From positions 4,738 through 28,737 of the forward strand of contig NZ_DASQMZ010000152.1 of NCBI RefSeq assembly GCF_035645235.1: a DNA stretch of 24,000 nucleotides, written 5' to 3'. How positions within the stretch are numbered: the stretch's first letter is position 1; each line of letters starts with the position of its first letter. The position numbers and the translations under genes were made by a program. Below are positions 15,604 to 24,000 of the stretch, piece after piece. Source of the stretch: Paenibacillus sp. (GTDB taxonomy: Bacteria > Bacillota > Bacilli > Paenibacillales > YIM-B00363). The notes under the pieces were generated by a model, which was not told where the DNA came from, ran no database searches, and worked only from the letters and a program-made list of their open reading frames with translations.

Positions 15604-15672
15604 GCAGGGCCGCCCGATTCGTCGTCGCGGATCGGGCGATGCTCGCATTTTATACAGGGAGAGGGATCGTTA

Positions 15673-18600
15673 ATGAAGAGTAAACCTCGAAGTCTGCTAG
15701 CGACGCTATTGGCCGCCGCCGTTGCGGTCGGGTTAGTGCCTGCGAATGCCGCCGCGGCCGAGGACGGGAAGACGAAGCCGTCGGTGACGCTGGCGGAAGG
15801 TACGGTCATCGTGGAAGGGGACCGGTACCGGATGACGGTTGATGTGCGCGAGGAAGTGGCGATTACATCGCTTCTCGTGGACGGCACGGAGTTCCTTCAA
15901 GACGGGGGACTTATTCATACCGCCGTCAAAGTGGAAGGCGCGTGGAGCGGCAGCCTTGCGCCGACGAGCGCGCCGGTCGTCGATGTATCGAACCAAAAAG
16001 TCACAATCGAATATGAAACCGATTACACGGCGGAGCGTTGGGAGATCAAAGCAAAAAAAGAGCGTGCGGATGTGACATTCGAGAAGACATATAAGGGGAA
16101 CTTTACTGTCGAAGAGCAGGGCTTCCCGATGATGAAATACGGACAGGACATCGTCGAGAACATCCGATGGAGCCGCTCCGGCGGCAACTTCTGGGTCGGG
16201 GGCAAGGGAGGCGCGATGCGCAGGTTCTTGTCCGGAGGCTCGGGGTACCTCGCCGGCGACGATTATTACGCGAATATCCGGAGAGCGATGGAGGACACCT
16301 CCTTTACGCTGCTAACCGGCTACGACGCTAGGGCCGCCCTGCGAATTACCGGAAGCACGAACCGGGAAGGGATGACGCTGCCCGCCGCGATAGAGGTAGA
16401 TCGTGTCCTCGGGCCGGGGGAGAAAAAACTCCTCATGTTAGGGTATAACGTAGCCGCTCCGAGCGACGACCTCCATTATGCCACCGGTTCCAGCGCCGAT
16501 TTCATGGAAGGTTGGCCGGATTCGGACCAGAAGCAGGGTCATGTCCGTCCGACCGGACAACCGATCTATGCGCCCGTGACGGTGTCTTCCGGTCAGGTAG
16601 ATCGGGTGAAGCTTGATTTCGAACCGGCCGACTATGACGCTTATTACGATCTTGGCACGCTGAACGGCGTGGACGAACGGCTGCTTTCCGAAGCGCTGAA
16701 CAATTACGGGCGATTAATGGTACTGGATTATAGATACGGAACGGCACAGGAGAACCCGAACGTGTTCTTCGAGGTGCCGGCGATTCAACAGCACTGGAAC
16801 GTAGCGCTGGGGACGATTACTAGAGACGATGGCGTCATCGAGACGCTGAAGAACGGGCTTCGGAACGTGCGAGACGGCGCTCAGGCCCCGGACGGACACA
16901 TTACGAGTCCTTATGTTTGGCAGCGAGGGGATGCATGGGGGTCCGACTACGGGGACATGGGGTTAGGGTACGTGCTTGGGATCGCAGACTTGTACGCATA
17001 CACGAACGACAAGTCTTGGGCCGAGGAAATGCGGGAATCCGTACATAAAGCGCTGGCTTACGAGCGCAGCTTTTACTTAGACGAGAGTGTGTATCTTCTA
17101 AAGAATGTCCATCCGTACAATCCGGCGTTGCGCGAGACGCACAACGATTATTGGGAGAAGTCCGTCGGCAAGTACAACGGTTACACTACTGTCATGTATT
17201 ACGATGCGCTTATGTCGTGGGCGGCGGTCGAACGCATCGCATTCAACGACCACGCCAAAGCTTCCGAATACGAGCAGTTAGCGCTTCGCGTGAAGGAAGC
17301 TTTGAACCGGTCGTTCGACGAAGGCGGCATGTGGAGCGAGGACATCGGCGCCATCATGTACGGTTCGGACAATCTGGAGCTCGCCTATCTTCCCCCGAAC
17401 GGGGCGGCGCTGCGGTCCGGCTTGTTGTCCGCGGAAAGAGCCCGAAAGCTCGTGGATCGGATCGAACGCGACAATGCCAATTTCAACTTAGGGTTTCATG
17501 TGATGAACGTCCGCGATTTGCGCGACGAATCCGTCCCGGCGCCGCAGGACGACAATCACGTCAACACGATGCTCGGCGAGAACGGCGGCTGGTACGGCGC
17601 GCCGGACGCGGATTTTTACGCGGGTTTCCCCGTGTACGGGGATAGGGAAAAGATTCCTTATTATATCAACCGGTTCACGCACTATTTCAATCAGACCGGG
17701 TTCGTGAACGGGACGACTTGGAAACGGGACGGCGTTACGCCTCAGGATTATGGATGGCATCAGAGCATGCCGGATCAAGTGCTGCCGGTTTGGGCGCTGT
17801 ATACGTATGCCTACGGCTTCCAGCCCGAGGCGGGGCGGCTCGTCTTGGCGCCTTTCATCAGCGAAAGCATGGTCGGTTCCGAAGTGTTGTACCGCTGGGC
17901 AGGCAAAGATATGAGCGTAACGTACGAAGGGCTGTACGCGTACAATGTAACGCTGGACGAACTGCCCGGCGATATCGTCGTTCGGTTCGTAAACCAAACG
18001 CCGTCGGCTATCTATCAAGTACGAAGCAATGACCATATCGTCGAGGTTCAGGCAGACGCGAACGGATTTGTAGAGCTGGCGCTAACGGATGCGGGAACGC
18101 ACCGAGTCGAATTAGTGAATCCCGATGCGGAGAATTTCGACGCGGCAGGGAATGCGGCGTTCGGTAAGCCGGTTCGGGCCTCATCGACGTTAGCGGTCGA
18201 TTCCGTGACCGCCCACTGGGCGGAGCAGATAACGGACGGAGACCTGCGGAACGGAGCGTGGTTCGCGGCGGACGCCGGTTCCCCGTCATGGGTCGTGGTC
18301 GATATCGGCCGGAAGGTTGCCCCGGAAGCCATTAAGTTATACTTCGGCCGGTCGGATCGGTACACGCTTACGTTGGAAGCGACGAACGATCGGGACGGCT
18401 CGTGGACGCAAATCGCGGCGGCCGCGGAGGCCGAAGCAGGTCCCCAGTCGCCCCTTGCCTTCGAGGCCAATGCCGGGGCGTATCAGTACTGGCGAGTGAA
18501 CTTCCTGCAGACTGCCAGCGGCGGGAAGGCGAACCTGCGGGAGCTGGAGATCGGTCAGGTCACCCCGGAAGCGCCCGTCGGCGCCGCGGAGGAGCCGGAG

Positions 18601-19572
18601 TATATGGTTCCGGTCGTCGTTGCGCCGCTGCCGTCGACGGTTACGGTGTCCTCGAGCTTGACGGACGATCCGAACAGCAACTGGCATGCCAACAAGGTCA
18701 ATGACGGCATCCGGACCGCCGACCACATCTCTGCCGGATGGTCGAGCGCCGCAGGAGCTCCTACCCGCGAGGAGTGGGTGCAGCTTGATCTCGGAGGCGT
18801 CCATGAAATCGGTGAAATCGCCCTGTTTCCGAGAAGCGACGCCTTCGAACCGGGCAACTATTTCCCGCTCGATTATCAAGTGCTTATTTCCGAAGACGGT
18901 ACGCAATGGTCGACGATTGCCAACGTTACGGATCAACCGTTGACGACGCAAGCGGTCACTTTTACGTTCGAGCCTGCGCATGCCCGGTACGTGAAGGTGT
19001 TGGCCACAAGAATGCGGGATGTAAACGGCAACGCCTATTATGTACAAATTTCCGAAATCGAAGTGCGTCCGCCGTCGGCGGCCGGTCCTGTAAGCGACTT
19101 TACAAGGAACGTAGCCGTGAACAAGCCGGTTCGCGTCAGCACTGAATTAAGTTGGGCGGCGAATTGGCTCGGGGCGAAAGCGGTCGACGGTCTCCGAACG
19201 TCCGACGGAGCTTCGGCCGGTTGGTCTTCCTACGTCGGACCCGAGCATCGCGAGGAATGGCTGCAGGTGGATCTGGAAGAAACATACGACATAAAAGAAC
19301 TGCGCTTGTACCCGAGGTCGGATAGCGCCTATGCGGCATACTTCCCGGTCGATTACCGGCTTCAGCTTTCCGAGGACGGTACGCATTGGACGGATGTCGC
19401 CGTCGCAGAGAATACGGAGCGTCCCTACACCGTTCTGAAATATCCGATGCCGGAAGGAACGAAAGCTCGCTTCGTGCGGCTGCTCGTTACGCAGTTCAGA
19501 GCGGACAGCCCGGACTATTTCGTACAACTTGCGGAGTTGGAGGTATGGGCAAGAGGGCCGGTTGCGGATTAG
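15673..19572 (+). CDS. Large secreted multidomain putative glycan-degrading enzyme with three C-terminal F5/8 type C (discoidin, CBM32-like) modules
   Basis: 1299 aa. Signal peptide MKSKPRSLLATLLAAAVAVGLVPANAAAAE. The central region of about 500 aa is rich in W/Y/D patches (WQRGDAWGSDYGDMGLGY, YNGYTTVMYYDALMSWAAVE, ENGGWYGAPDADFYAG), suggestive of an (alpha/alpha)6-type glycosidase core; the family is not assignable by eye. Three discoidin modules follow. GGGAGAGGG SD upstream. Confidence 0.8.
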   Translation: MKSKPRSLLATLLAAAVAVGLVPANAAAAEDGKTKPSVTLAEGTVIVEGDRYRMTVDVREEVAITSLLVDGTEFLQDGGLIHTAVKVEGAWSGSLAPTSAPVVDVSNQKVTIEYETDYTAERWEIKAKKERADVTFEKTYKGNFTVEEQGFPMMKYGQDIVENIRWSRSGGNFWVGGKGGAMRRFLSGGSGYLAGDDYYANIRRAMEDTSFTLLTGYDARAALRITGSTNREGMTLPAAIEVDRVLGPGEKKLLMLGYNVAAPSDDLHYATGSSADFMEGWPDSDQKQGHVRPTGQPIYAPVTVSSGQVDRVKLDFEPADYDAYYDLGTLNGVDERLLSEALNNYGRLMVLDYRYGTAQENPNVFFEVPAIQQHWNVALGTITRDDGVIETLKNGLRNVRDGAQAPDGHITSPYVWQRGDAWGSDYGDMGLGYVLGIADLYAYTNDKSWAEEMRESVHKALAYERSFYLDESVYLLKNVHPYNPALRETHNDYWEKSVGKYNGYTTVMYYDALMSWAAVERIAFNDHAKASEYEQLALRVKEALNRSFDEGGMWSEDIGAIMYGSDNLELAYLPPNGAALRSGLLSAERARKLVDRIERDNANFNLGFHVMNVRDLRDESVPAPQDDNHVNTMLGENGGWYGAPDADFYAGFPVYGDREKIPYYINRFTHYFNQTGFVNGTTWKRDGVTPQDYGWHQSMPDQVLPVWALYTYAYGFQPEAGRLVLAPFISESMVGSEVLYRWAGKDMSVTYEGLYAYNVTLDELPGDIVVRFVNQTPSAIYQVRSNDHIVEVQADANGFVELALTDAGTHRVELVNPDAENFDAAGNAAFGKPVRASSTLAVDSVTAHWAEQITDGDLRNGAWFAADAGSPSWVVVDIGRKVAPEAIKLYFGRSDRYTLTLEATNDRDGSWTQIAAAAEAEAGPQSPLAFEANAGAYQYWRVNFLQTASGGKANLRELEIGQVTPEAPVGAAEEPEYMVPVVVAPLPSTVTVSSSLTDDPNSNWHANKVNDGIRTADHISAGWSSAAGAPTREEWVQLDLGGVHEIGEIALFPRSDAFEPGNYFPLDYQVLISEDGTQWSTIANVTDQPLTTQAVTFTFEPAHARYVKVLATRMRDVNGNAYYVQISEIEVRPPSAAGPVSDFTRNVAVNKPVRVSTELSWAANWLGAKAVDGLRTSDGASAGWSSYVGPEHREEWLQVDLEETYDIKELRLYPRSDSAYAAYFPVDYRLQLSEDGTHWTDVAVAENTERPYTVLKYPMPEGTKARFVRLLVTQFRADSPDYFVQLAELEVWARGPVAD
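18151..19551 (+). repeat. Three tandem discoidin-module coding repeats inside the 1299-aa gene
   Basis: Modules at about 18151-18558, 18637-19071 and 19108-19551. Modules 2 and 3 align clearly (SAGWSS..REEW.Q.DL......E..L.PRSD....YFP.DY...SEDGT.W). Module 1 is more diverged (SPSWVVVDIGRKV...WRVNF). Confidence 0.75.
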
Positions 19573-19714
19573 ACTCGGGCAACCGCGGCGCTCGCGGCGG
19601 AGCATGTCGTCGTTTCCCCGGTAAAGTCCTTACGCTTGGCGGGTGTCTATGAGTACCAGGGGTGCTCCATAATAGAGTAGGCGATACATCCGACGGGAAG
19701 AGGGGCGATCGAGC

Positions 19715-21718
19715 GTGGGGGCGAAGCTGTCGCGGCTCTATTACGGGGCGGCGTATTACCCGGAATGGTACGACCGGGCGAATTGGGAGCAAGACGCGCG
19801 ATATATGAAAGAGGCGGGGTTGAACGTCGTGCGCATCGGCGAGTTCGCCTGGGCCGATATGGAGCCGGAGGAAGGGCGGATCGACCTGTCGCTCTTCCGC
19901 GAGGCGATGGATTTTTACCATGAGCAAGGGCTGAAGGTGATTCTGTGCACCCCGACGGCGACGCCGCCGATCTGGCTGTCGCACGGGCATCCGGAGCGCA
20001 TGGTGCACGAAGCGGACGGCGTGCCGATGTCGCATGGCTCCCGGCAGCATGTCTGCATCAATAACGCGTACTTCCGGGAGCGCGCGCGCATCATCGGCCG
20101 GGCGATGGCCGAGGCGCTCGGGCGGCATCCGGCGCTGCTCGCCTGGCAAATCGATAACGAGCTCAAGGGGCATGTGGCGGAATGCTTCTGCCCGACGTGC
20201 CGCGCGTTGTGGCCGCAGTGGCTCGCCGCTCGTTACGGCACGATCGAACGGCTGAACGAGGCGTGGGGGACGGTCATCTGGAGCGAGCGCTATGCCTCCT
20301 TCGAGCAGGTGCCCGCGCCGGTAAAGACGCCGTATTTGCACAACGCCTCGCTCTCGACCGCGTATCGGCTGTTTACCCGGGAGACGGCGTCGGCGTTCGT
20401 CCGCGAGCAGGCGGCGCTGCTGCGGGAGCATTCGGACGCGCCCATTACGCACAATACGGGGCTCAGCCACTACGTCGACAACGAGACGTTGTTCGAGCCG
20501 CTCGACTTCGCGGGCTTCGATCAATACGGAGACGAACAGCAATTCCGGAAAATGGCCCTCGCCTACGACATCTTCCGCGCGATGAAGCGGGGGGCGCCGT
20601 ACTGGGTCATGGAGACGGCGCCGTCGTTCAGCGCCAATACGCAAGGCTATCATAAACTGCTGCCGGACGGCTACGTGCCGGCGCTGGCGTCGGCCGCCTA
20701 CGCGTCCGGCGCGGAAGGCTTCATGTACTGGGTGTGGCGCCAGCCGCACGCCGGCGTCGAGCATCCGCACGGCAGCGCGATCAGCGCATGGGGCACGCCG
20801 ACGGTCGGCTACCGGCCCGTCGTCGAGGCGGGCGCCGCGAAGGCGGAGCTCGAGGCGGCGCTGCTGGCGACGACCCCGGCGCAGGCGGAGGTCGCGATTA
20901 CGTACTCCGATCGGGCGCGGGCGTTCCTCCTGACCGAGCCGTCCGAGGGGCTCGTCTACCTTGACGAGGTATCGCGGTTCCATCGCGCGGCGGCCGACGC
21001 GGGACTGTACCGCGACATGCCGCCGGAAGGCGCAGCGTTGGACGGGTACAAGCTGCTGATTACGCCGTACGTCATGCACCTCTCCGAGGCGTATATCGAG
21101 CGGGCGATGGCGTTCGTGCGCGGCGGCGGCGTCTGGGTCGTCGGTCCGCTGACGGGCATCCGCACCGCCGATCACGCCGTACACCGCGACGCGGCGCTCG
21201 GCCGGCTGGAGTCGCTTGCGGGCGTTAGGACTGTCTTTCACGCGCCGCTGACGGGGAGCGGGGCGACCGGCAGCGCCTTCGGCGAGAAGGCGCCGCTGTC
21301 GCTCTGGAGCTGCGTGTTCGAGGCGACGGACGCCGACGTGCTCGGCGTCGTCGAAGGCGGTCCGGCCGACGGGCTCGCGTTCCTGACCGAACGCCGGGTC
21401 GGCCGCGGCAAAGTCGCCATGCTCGGCTCGATGCCGGCGGGAGAGGCGGGCGCCGCGATGCTCGAGCGCATCGTACGGCGCTTCGCCGACGAAGCGGGCG
21501 TGACGCAGCGGACCGACGCGACGCCGGGCACATACGTCTATCCGCGCGAAGCGGCCGGCGAGCGGCTGTGGATCGCCGTCAATCTCGACGGCGTCGGCGG
21601 CTCGGTGACGCTGCCCGCGGACGGCGTCGACGCCGTCACGGGCGCGCGCGTCGCGGCGGGCCCGCTCGCGGTGCCGCCGTACGGCCGCCGCGCGGTCCGG
21701 CTCCCGCAAAGCCGCTAG
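19715..21718 (+). CDS. GH42-family beta-galactosidase
   Basis: 667 aa. YYGAAYYPEWY, acid/base WQIDNELKG, nucleophile region YWVMETAPS, and the GH42 Cys cluster (HVCINN plus ECFCPTC). GTG start with GAAGAGGGG upstream. Confidence 0.9.
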   Translation: MGAKLSRLYYGAAYYPEWYDRANWEQDARYMKEAGLNVVRIGEFAWADMEPEEGRIDLSLFREAMDFYHEQGLKVILCTPTATPPIWLSHGHPERMVHEADGVPMSHGSRQHVCINNAYFRERARIIGRAMAEALGRHPALLAWQIDNELKGHVAECFCPTCRALWPQWLAARYGTIERLNEAWGTVIWSERYASFEQVPAPVKTPYLHNASLSTAYRLFTRETASAFVREQAALLREHSDAPITHNTGLSHYVDNETLFEPLDFAGFDQYGDEQQFRKMALAYDIFRAMKRGAPYWVMETAPSFSANTQGYHKLLPDGYVPALASAAYASGAEGFMYWVWRQPHAGVEHPHGSAISAWGTPTVGYRPVVEAGAAKAELEAALLATTPAQAEVAITYSDRARAFLLTEPSEGLVYLDEVSRFHRAAADAGLYRDMPPEGAALDGYKLLITPYVMHLSEAYIERAMAFVRGGGVWVVGPLTGIRTADHAVHRDAALGRLESLAGVRTVFHAPLTGSGATGSAFGEKAPLSLWSCVFEATDADVLGVVEGGPADGLAFLTERRVGRGKVAMLGSMPAGEAGAAMLERIVRRFADEAGVTQRTDATPGTYVYPREAAGERLWIAVNLDGVGGSVTLPADGVDAVTGARVAAGPLAVPPYGRRAVRLPQSR

Positions 21719-21790
21719 GGGAGCCGCGGTACCTTCCGAACGGAGTTTTCGATGCGCACGTCGATTTTGGACATTTTGGACGACATGCAT

Positions 21791-21821
21791 AAAGCCCCTC
21801 CGCCGTACCGGGAGGGGCTTT
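21791..21821. terminator. Bidirectional stem-loop terminator between convergent genes
   Basis: AAAGCCCCTCCG / CGGGAGGGGCTTT, a stem of 12-13 bp with a 6-nt loop. It is A-rich on the left and T-rich on the right. It sits between the GH42 stop (21718) and the minus-strand membrane protein stop (21826). Confidence 0.7.
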
Positions 21822-21825
21822 ATGC

Positions 21826-22146
21826 TCATTTCAGAAGAAGTCCTGCGAGTAGGAACAGCGCGGCTGCGGTCGGCAGCCATTCCGCATACGGAAGAACGAT
21901 ACTGCTTACTTGCACCGGCCAACCGGCCATCAATAGCAGCAAGCCGACTCCGCCGAGGAGACTCCCCCGCCTTTGCCGCTTACGCTTCGCCGATCGAACC
22001 TGAATCCCTATCCCTAACAGAACCAGCGTCGTGCCGACAACGGCAAACGGGATGAAGAACGGCAGGGCGTCGAAGAAGCCGCCTACCACGAAGAGGGCGA
22101 ACCCCAAAAGTCCGTATCGCAAAGGTTTGAAATCGTTCAAAAGCAC
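21826..22146 (-). CDS. Small membrane protein of unknown function (about four hydrophobic helices)
   Basis: 106 aa with four hydrophobic stretches and a strongly basic central loop (RSAKRKRQRRGS). GTG start with AAGGGGGG just upstream. I recognise no family. Confidence 0.5.
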   Translation of the reverse strand: MLLNDFKPLRYGLLGFALFVVGGFFDALPFFIPFAVVGTTLVLLGIGIQVRSAKRKRQRRGSLLGGVGLLLLMAGWPVQVSSIVLPYAEWLPTAAALFLLAGLLLK

Positions 22147-22166
22147 GCCCCCCTTCGTTCTCCCGG

Positions 22167-22213
22167 AAAAAAAGCTGCTCCTCCGCTCGTTTGCGAAGGA
22201 GACAGCTTTTTTT
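22167..22213 (-). terminator. Rho-independent terminator downstream of gltD
   Basis: A7-GCTGCTCCTCCGC-TCGTTT-GCGAAGGAGACAGC-T7. This is a long hairpin flanked by A7 and T7 runs, so it is potentially bidirectional. It lies about 100 nt after the gltD stop. Confidence 0.75.
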
Positions 22214-22316
22214 GTCGGAGCGGTTTTTGGACAAATTGGACATGATGGAGGGGCGGCGCCGATGTCGGGAAGAGGAGGTACCTTAACGGCAGTTGCACGG
22301 CGTCGACCCTAGCGGC

Positions 22317-23801
22317 TTACGGCAGCTGCGTGTCGCCCATGAGCCAGCGGTCGCATTCGCGCGCCGCTTCGCGGCCTTCGTTGATCGCCCAGACGACAAG
22401 GCTCTGGCCGCGTCGCATGTCGCCGGCGGCGAACACGCCTTCGACGTTCGTCGCGTACGAGCCGTACGCGGCCTTCGCGTTGGAGCGCTCGTCGCGCTCG
22501 ACGCCGAGCTGCTCGAGCACGGTCGGCTCCGGACCGAGGAAGCCCATCGCGAGCAGCACGAGATCGGCGGGGTACACCTTCTCGCTGCCCGGCACCTCGA
22601 CCGGCGAGAAACGGCCGGCGTCGTCCTTTTTCCATTCGATCAGCACGGTGTGCAGCTCTTTCACGTTGCCGTTCTCGTCGCCGACGAAGCGCTTCGTGTT
22701 GATGAGGTACCGGCGCGGGTCTTCCCCGTAAGCCGCCGCGGCTTCCTCTTGGCCGTAATCCATCTTGTACACCTTCGGCCATTCGGGCCACGGGTTGTTC
22801 GCGGCGCGCGTCTCCGGCGGGCGCGGCATAATCTCGAACTGCGTGACGCTCTTGCAGCCGTGGCGCATCGACGTGCCGACGCAGTCGGTGCCGGTGTCGC
22901 CGCCGCCGATGACGACGACGTGTTTGCCCTCGGCGGAGATGTACGCGCCGTCCGCATGCTCCGAGTCGAGCAGGCTCTTCGTGTTCGCTCGCAGGAAGTC
23001 CATGGCGAGGTGGACGCCCTTGAGCTCGCGGCCCTCGATCCCGAGGTCGCGCGCCTTCGTCGCGCCGCCGCACAGAACGATCGCATCGTACTCCTCGCGC
23101 AGCGCCGCCGCCGGGAGGTCCTTGCCGATCTCGCAATTCGTCACGAACGTAATGCCCTCGGCCTTCATCAAGTCGATGCGTCGTTCGACGTATTTTTTAT
23201 CGAGCTTCATATTCGGAATGCCGTACATGAGCAGGCCGCCGGGACGATCGGCGCGCTCGTACACCGTTACCGTGTGGCCGGCTTTATTGAGCTGCGCCGC
23301 GCAGGCGAGGCCGGACGGACCGGAGCCGACGACCGCGACCTTCTTGCCGGTGCGCGACGCCGGCGGCTCCGGGGTAATCCAGCCTTCCGCGAAGCCGCGT
23401 TCGACGATCGCCTTTTCGATCGATTTGATCGCGACGGGAGAGTCGTTGAGCCCTACCGTGCACGAGCCTTCGCACGGCGCGGGGCAGACGCGGCCCGTGA
23501 ATTCCGGGAAGTTGTTCGTCAGGTGCAGCCGGTCGAGCGCCTCGCGCCAGCGACCCTTATAGACCAGGTCGTTCCATTCCGGGATGAGGTTGTTGATCGG
23601 GCAGCCGGCGGCCATGCCGCTGATCAGCTTTCCGGTATGGCAGAACGGGATGCCGCAATCCATGCATCGCGCGCCTTGGTCGCGAAGCCCGGCCTCCGGC
23701 ATCGGCTGCGCGAACTCCCGGAAGTGGGCGATGCGCAGAAGCGGCGCTTCCTCCGTCGCCGTCTCGCGGCGGTATTCCATAAATCCTGTCGGTTTCCCCA
23801 T
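22317..23801 (-). CDS. gltD: Glutamate synthase (NADPH) small subunit
   Basis: 494 aa from [13 protein letters not shown]. Fe-S Cys clusters CMDCGIPFC and CPAPCEGSC. Dinucleotide folds [12 protein letters not shown] and [22 protein letters not shown] upstream. The track ORF 22317..23993 over-extends the N-terminus. Confidence 0.93.
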   Translation of the reverse strand: MGKPTGFMEYRRETATEEAPLLRIAHFREFAQPMPEAGLRDQGARCMDCGIPFCHTGKLISGMAAGCPINNLIPEWNDLVYKGRWREALDRLHLTNNFPEFTGRVCPAPCEGSCTVGLNDSPVAIKSIEKAIVERGFAEGWITPEPPASRTGKKVAVVGSGPSGLACAAQLNKAGHTVTVYERADRPGGLLMYGIPNMKLDKKYVERRIDLMKAEGITFVTNCEIGKDLPAAALREEYDAIVLCGGATKARDLGIEGRELKGVHLAMDFLRANTKSLLDSEHADGAYISAEGKHVVVIGGGDTGTDCVGTSMRHGCKSVTQFEIMPRPPETRAANNPWPEWPKVYKMDYGQEEAAAAYGEDPRRYLINTKRFVGDENGNVKELHTVLIEWKKDDAGRFSPVEVPGSEKVYPADLVLLAMGFLGPEPTVLEQLGVERDERSNAKAAYGSYATNVEGVFAAGDMRRGQSLVVWAINEGREAARECDRWLMGDTQLP

Positions 23802-23827
23802 GGGATGCTGCTCCTCCTCTCCGGCGG

Positions 23828-24000
23828 TCAGTTGCCGCTGACGCGCGAGACGTCGCGCATATTTTCTTCGAACGCGGCCAGGATCGCCTGCTCGTTCGTT
23901 AAGCCCGCTTTCTTGCCGCGCTCGATCGCTTCGAACATCCGCTTGTAATCTTTCGGGATGATTTTCACGAAATCGAGCAGCGCTTCCTCCCAAGACTCGA
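23828..24000 (-). CDS. gltB: Glutamate synthase large subunit, C-terminal end (gene starts beyond the window)
   Basis: My minus-strand translation gives ...[56 protein letters not shown]. The FVK..P.DYKR motif and the position immediately upstream of gltD fit the GltB C-terminus. Confidence 0.75.
   Translation of the reverse strand, partial: ESWEEALLDFVKIIPKDYKRMFEAIERGKKAGLTNEQAILAAFEENMRDVSRVSGN

Noticed and set aside
19496-21922. 808-aa minus-strand ORF, the longest ORF on that strand in this part of the window
   Set aside because: It is antisense to the clearly recognisable GH42 beta-galactosidase. Its translation is Arg/Ala/Pro/Gly-rich low complexity with no motifs. Long stop-free antisense frames are expected in DNA this GC-rich.
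22126-22141. Palindrome TTTGAA-ATCG-TTCAAA, which resembles cre/LacI-type sites and the right half of the 19-nt motif
   Set aside because: It lies inside the coding start of the small membrane-protein gene. It has two mismatches to the cre consensus and does not match the 19-nt motif beyond the central ATCGTT, so it is probably a chance match.
22293-23948. 551-aa plus-strand ORF
   Set aside because: It is antisense to gltD, whose Fe-S and dinucleotide-binding motifs are unambiguous. It shows the same Arg/Ala-rich artefact pattern.
1-24000. Search for tRNA, rRNA, CRISPR repeats, IS elements, integrases, or inverted or direct terminal repeats flanking the low-GC block
   Set aside because: I saw none by eye. 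The only exact repeats of 15 nt or more that I found are the 19-nt operator motif and the 21-nt-spaced duplication in the ABC1 kinase gene. A computational repeat search could still find shorter att-like repeats.

Overview
This window looks like chromosomal DNA from a high-GC, Gram-positive (Paenibacillaceae-like) genome, judging by strong GGAGG ribosome-binding sites, sigma-A type promoters and LplABC-type sugar transporter genes. I could support 20 protein-coding genes. I recognised no tRNA, rRNA, CRISPR array, transposase or integrase. Gene order: (1) the 5' end of an MFS transporter gene on the minus strand, preceded by a roughly 350-nt structured leader. (2) A minus-strand operon of SIS aminosugar-6-P isomerase/deaminase, DeoR repressor, class II ketose-bisphosphate aldolase and PfkB kinase. 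The last three are joined by ATGA stop/start overlaps, and the operon is divergent from a ROK sugar kinase across a perfect 19-bp palindrome. (3) A Pro-rich secreted protein of unknown function. (4) A phasin-like coiled-coil protein followed by an ABC1/UbiB-family atypical kinase. (5) A roughly 10.7-kb block of clearly lower GC (about 8.9-19.6 kb). It carries a LacI regulator, a three-component LplABC-type sugar ABC importer with no ATPase gene, a cytoplasmic ADP-ribosylglycohydrolase-fold multidomain protein, and a 1299-aa secreted enzyme with three discoidin (F5/8 type C) modules. A near-identical 19-nt operator-like motif occurs three times in this block. (6) A GH42 beta-galactosidase. (7) A small four-helix membrane protein. 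(8) gltD and the 3' end of gltB. Most of the window is ordinary metabolism. The best candidate for something undescribed is the low-GC LacI-controlled module, whose two largest enzymes cannot be assigned a glycoside hydrolase family by eye. All functional calls come from reading motifs in the translations; no database search was run.
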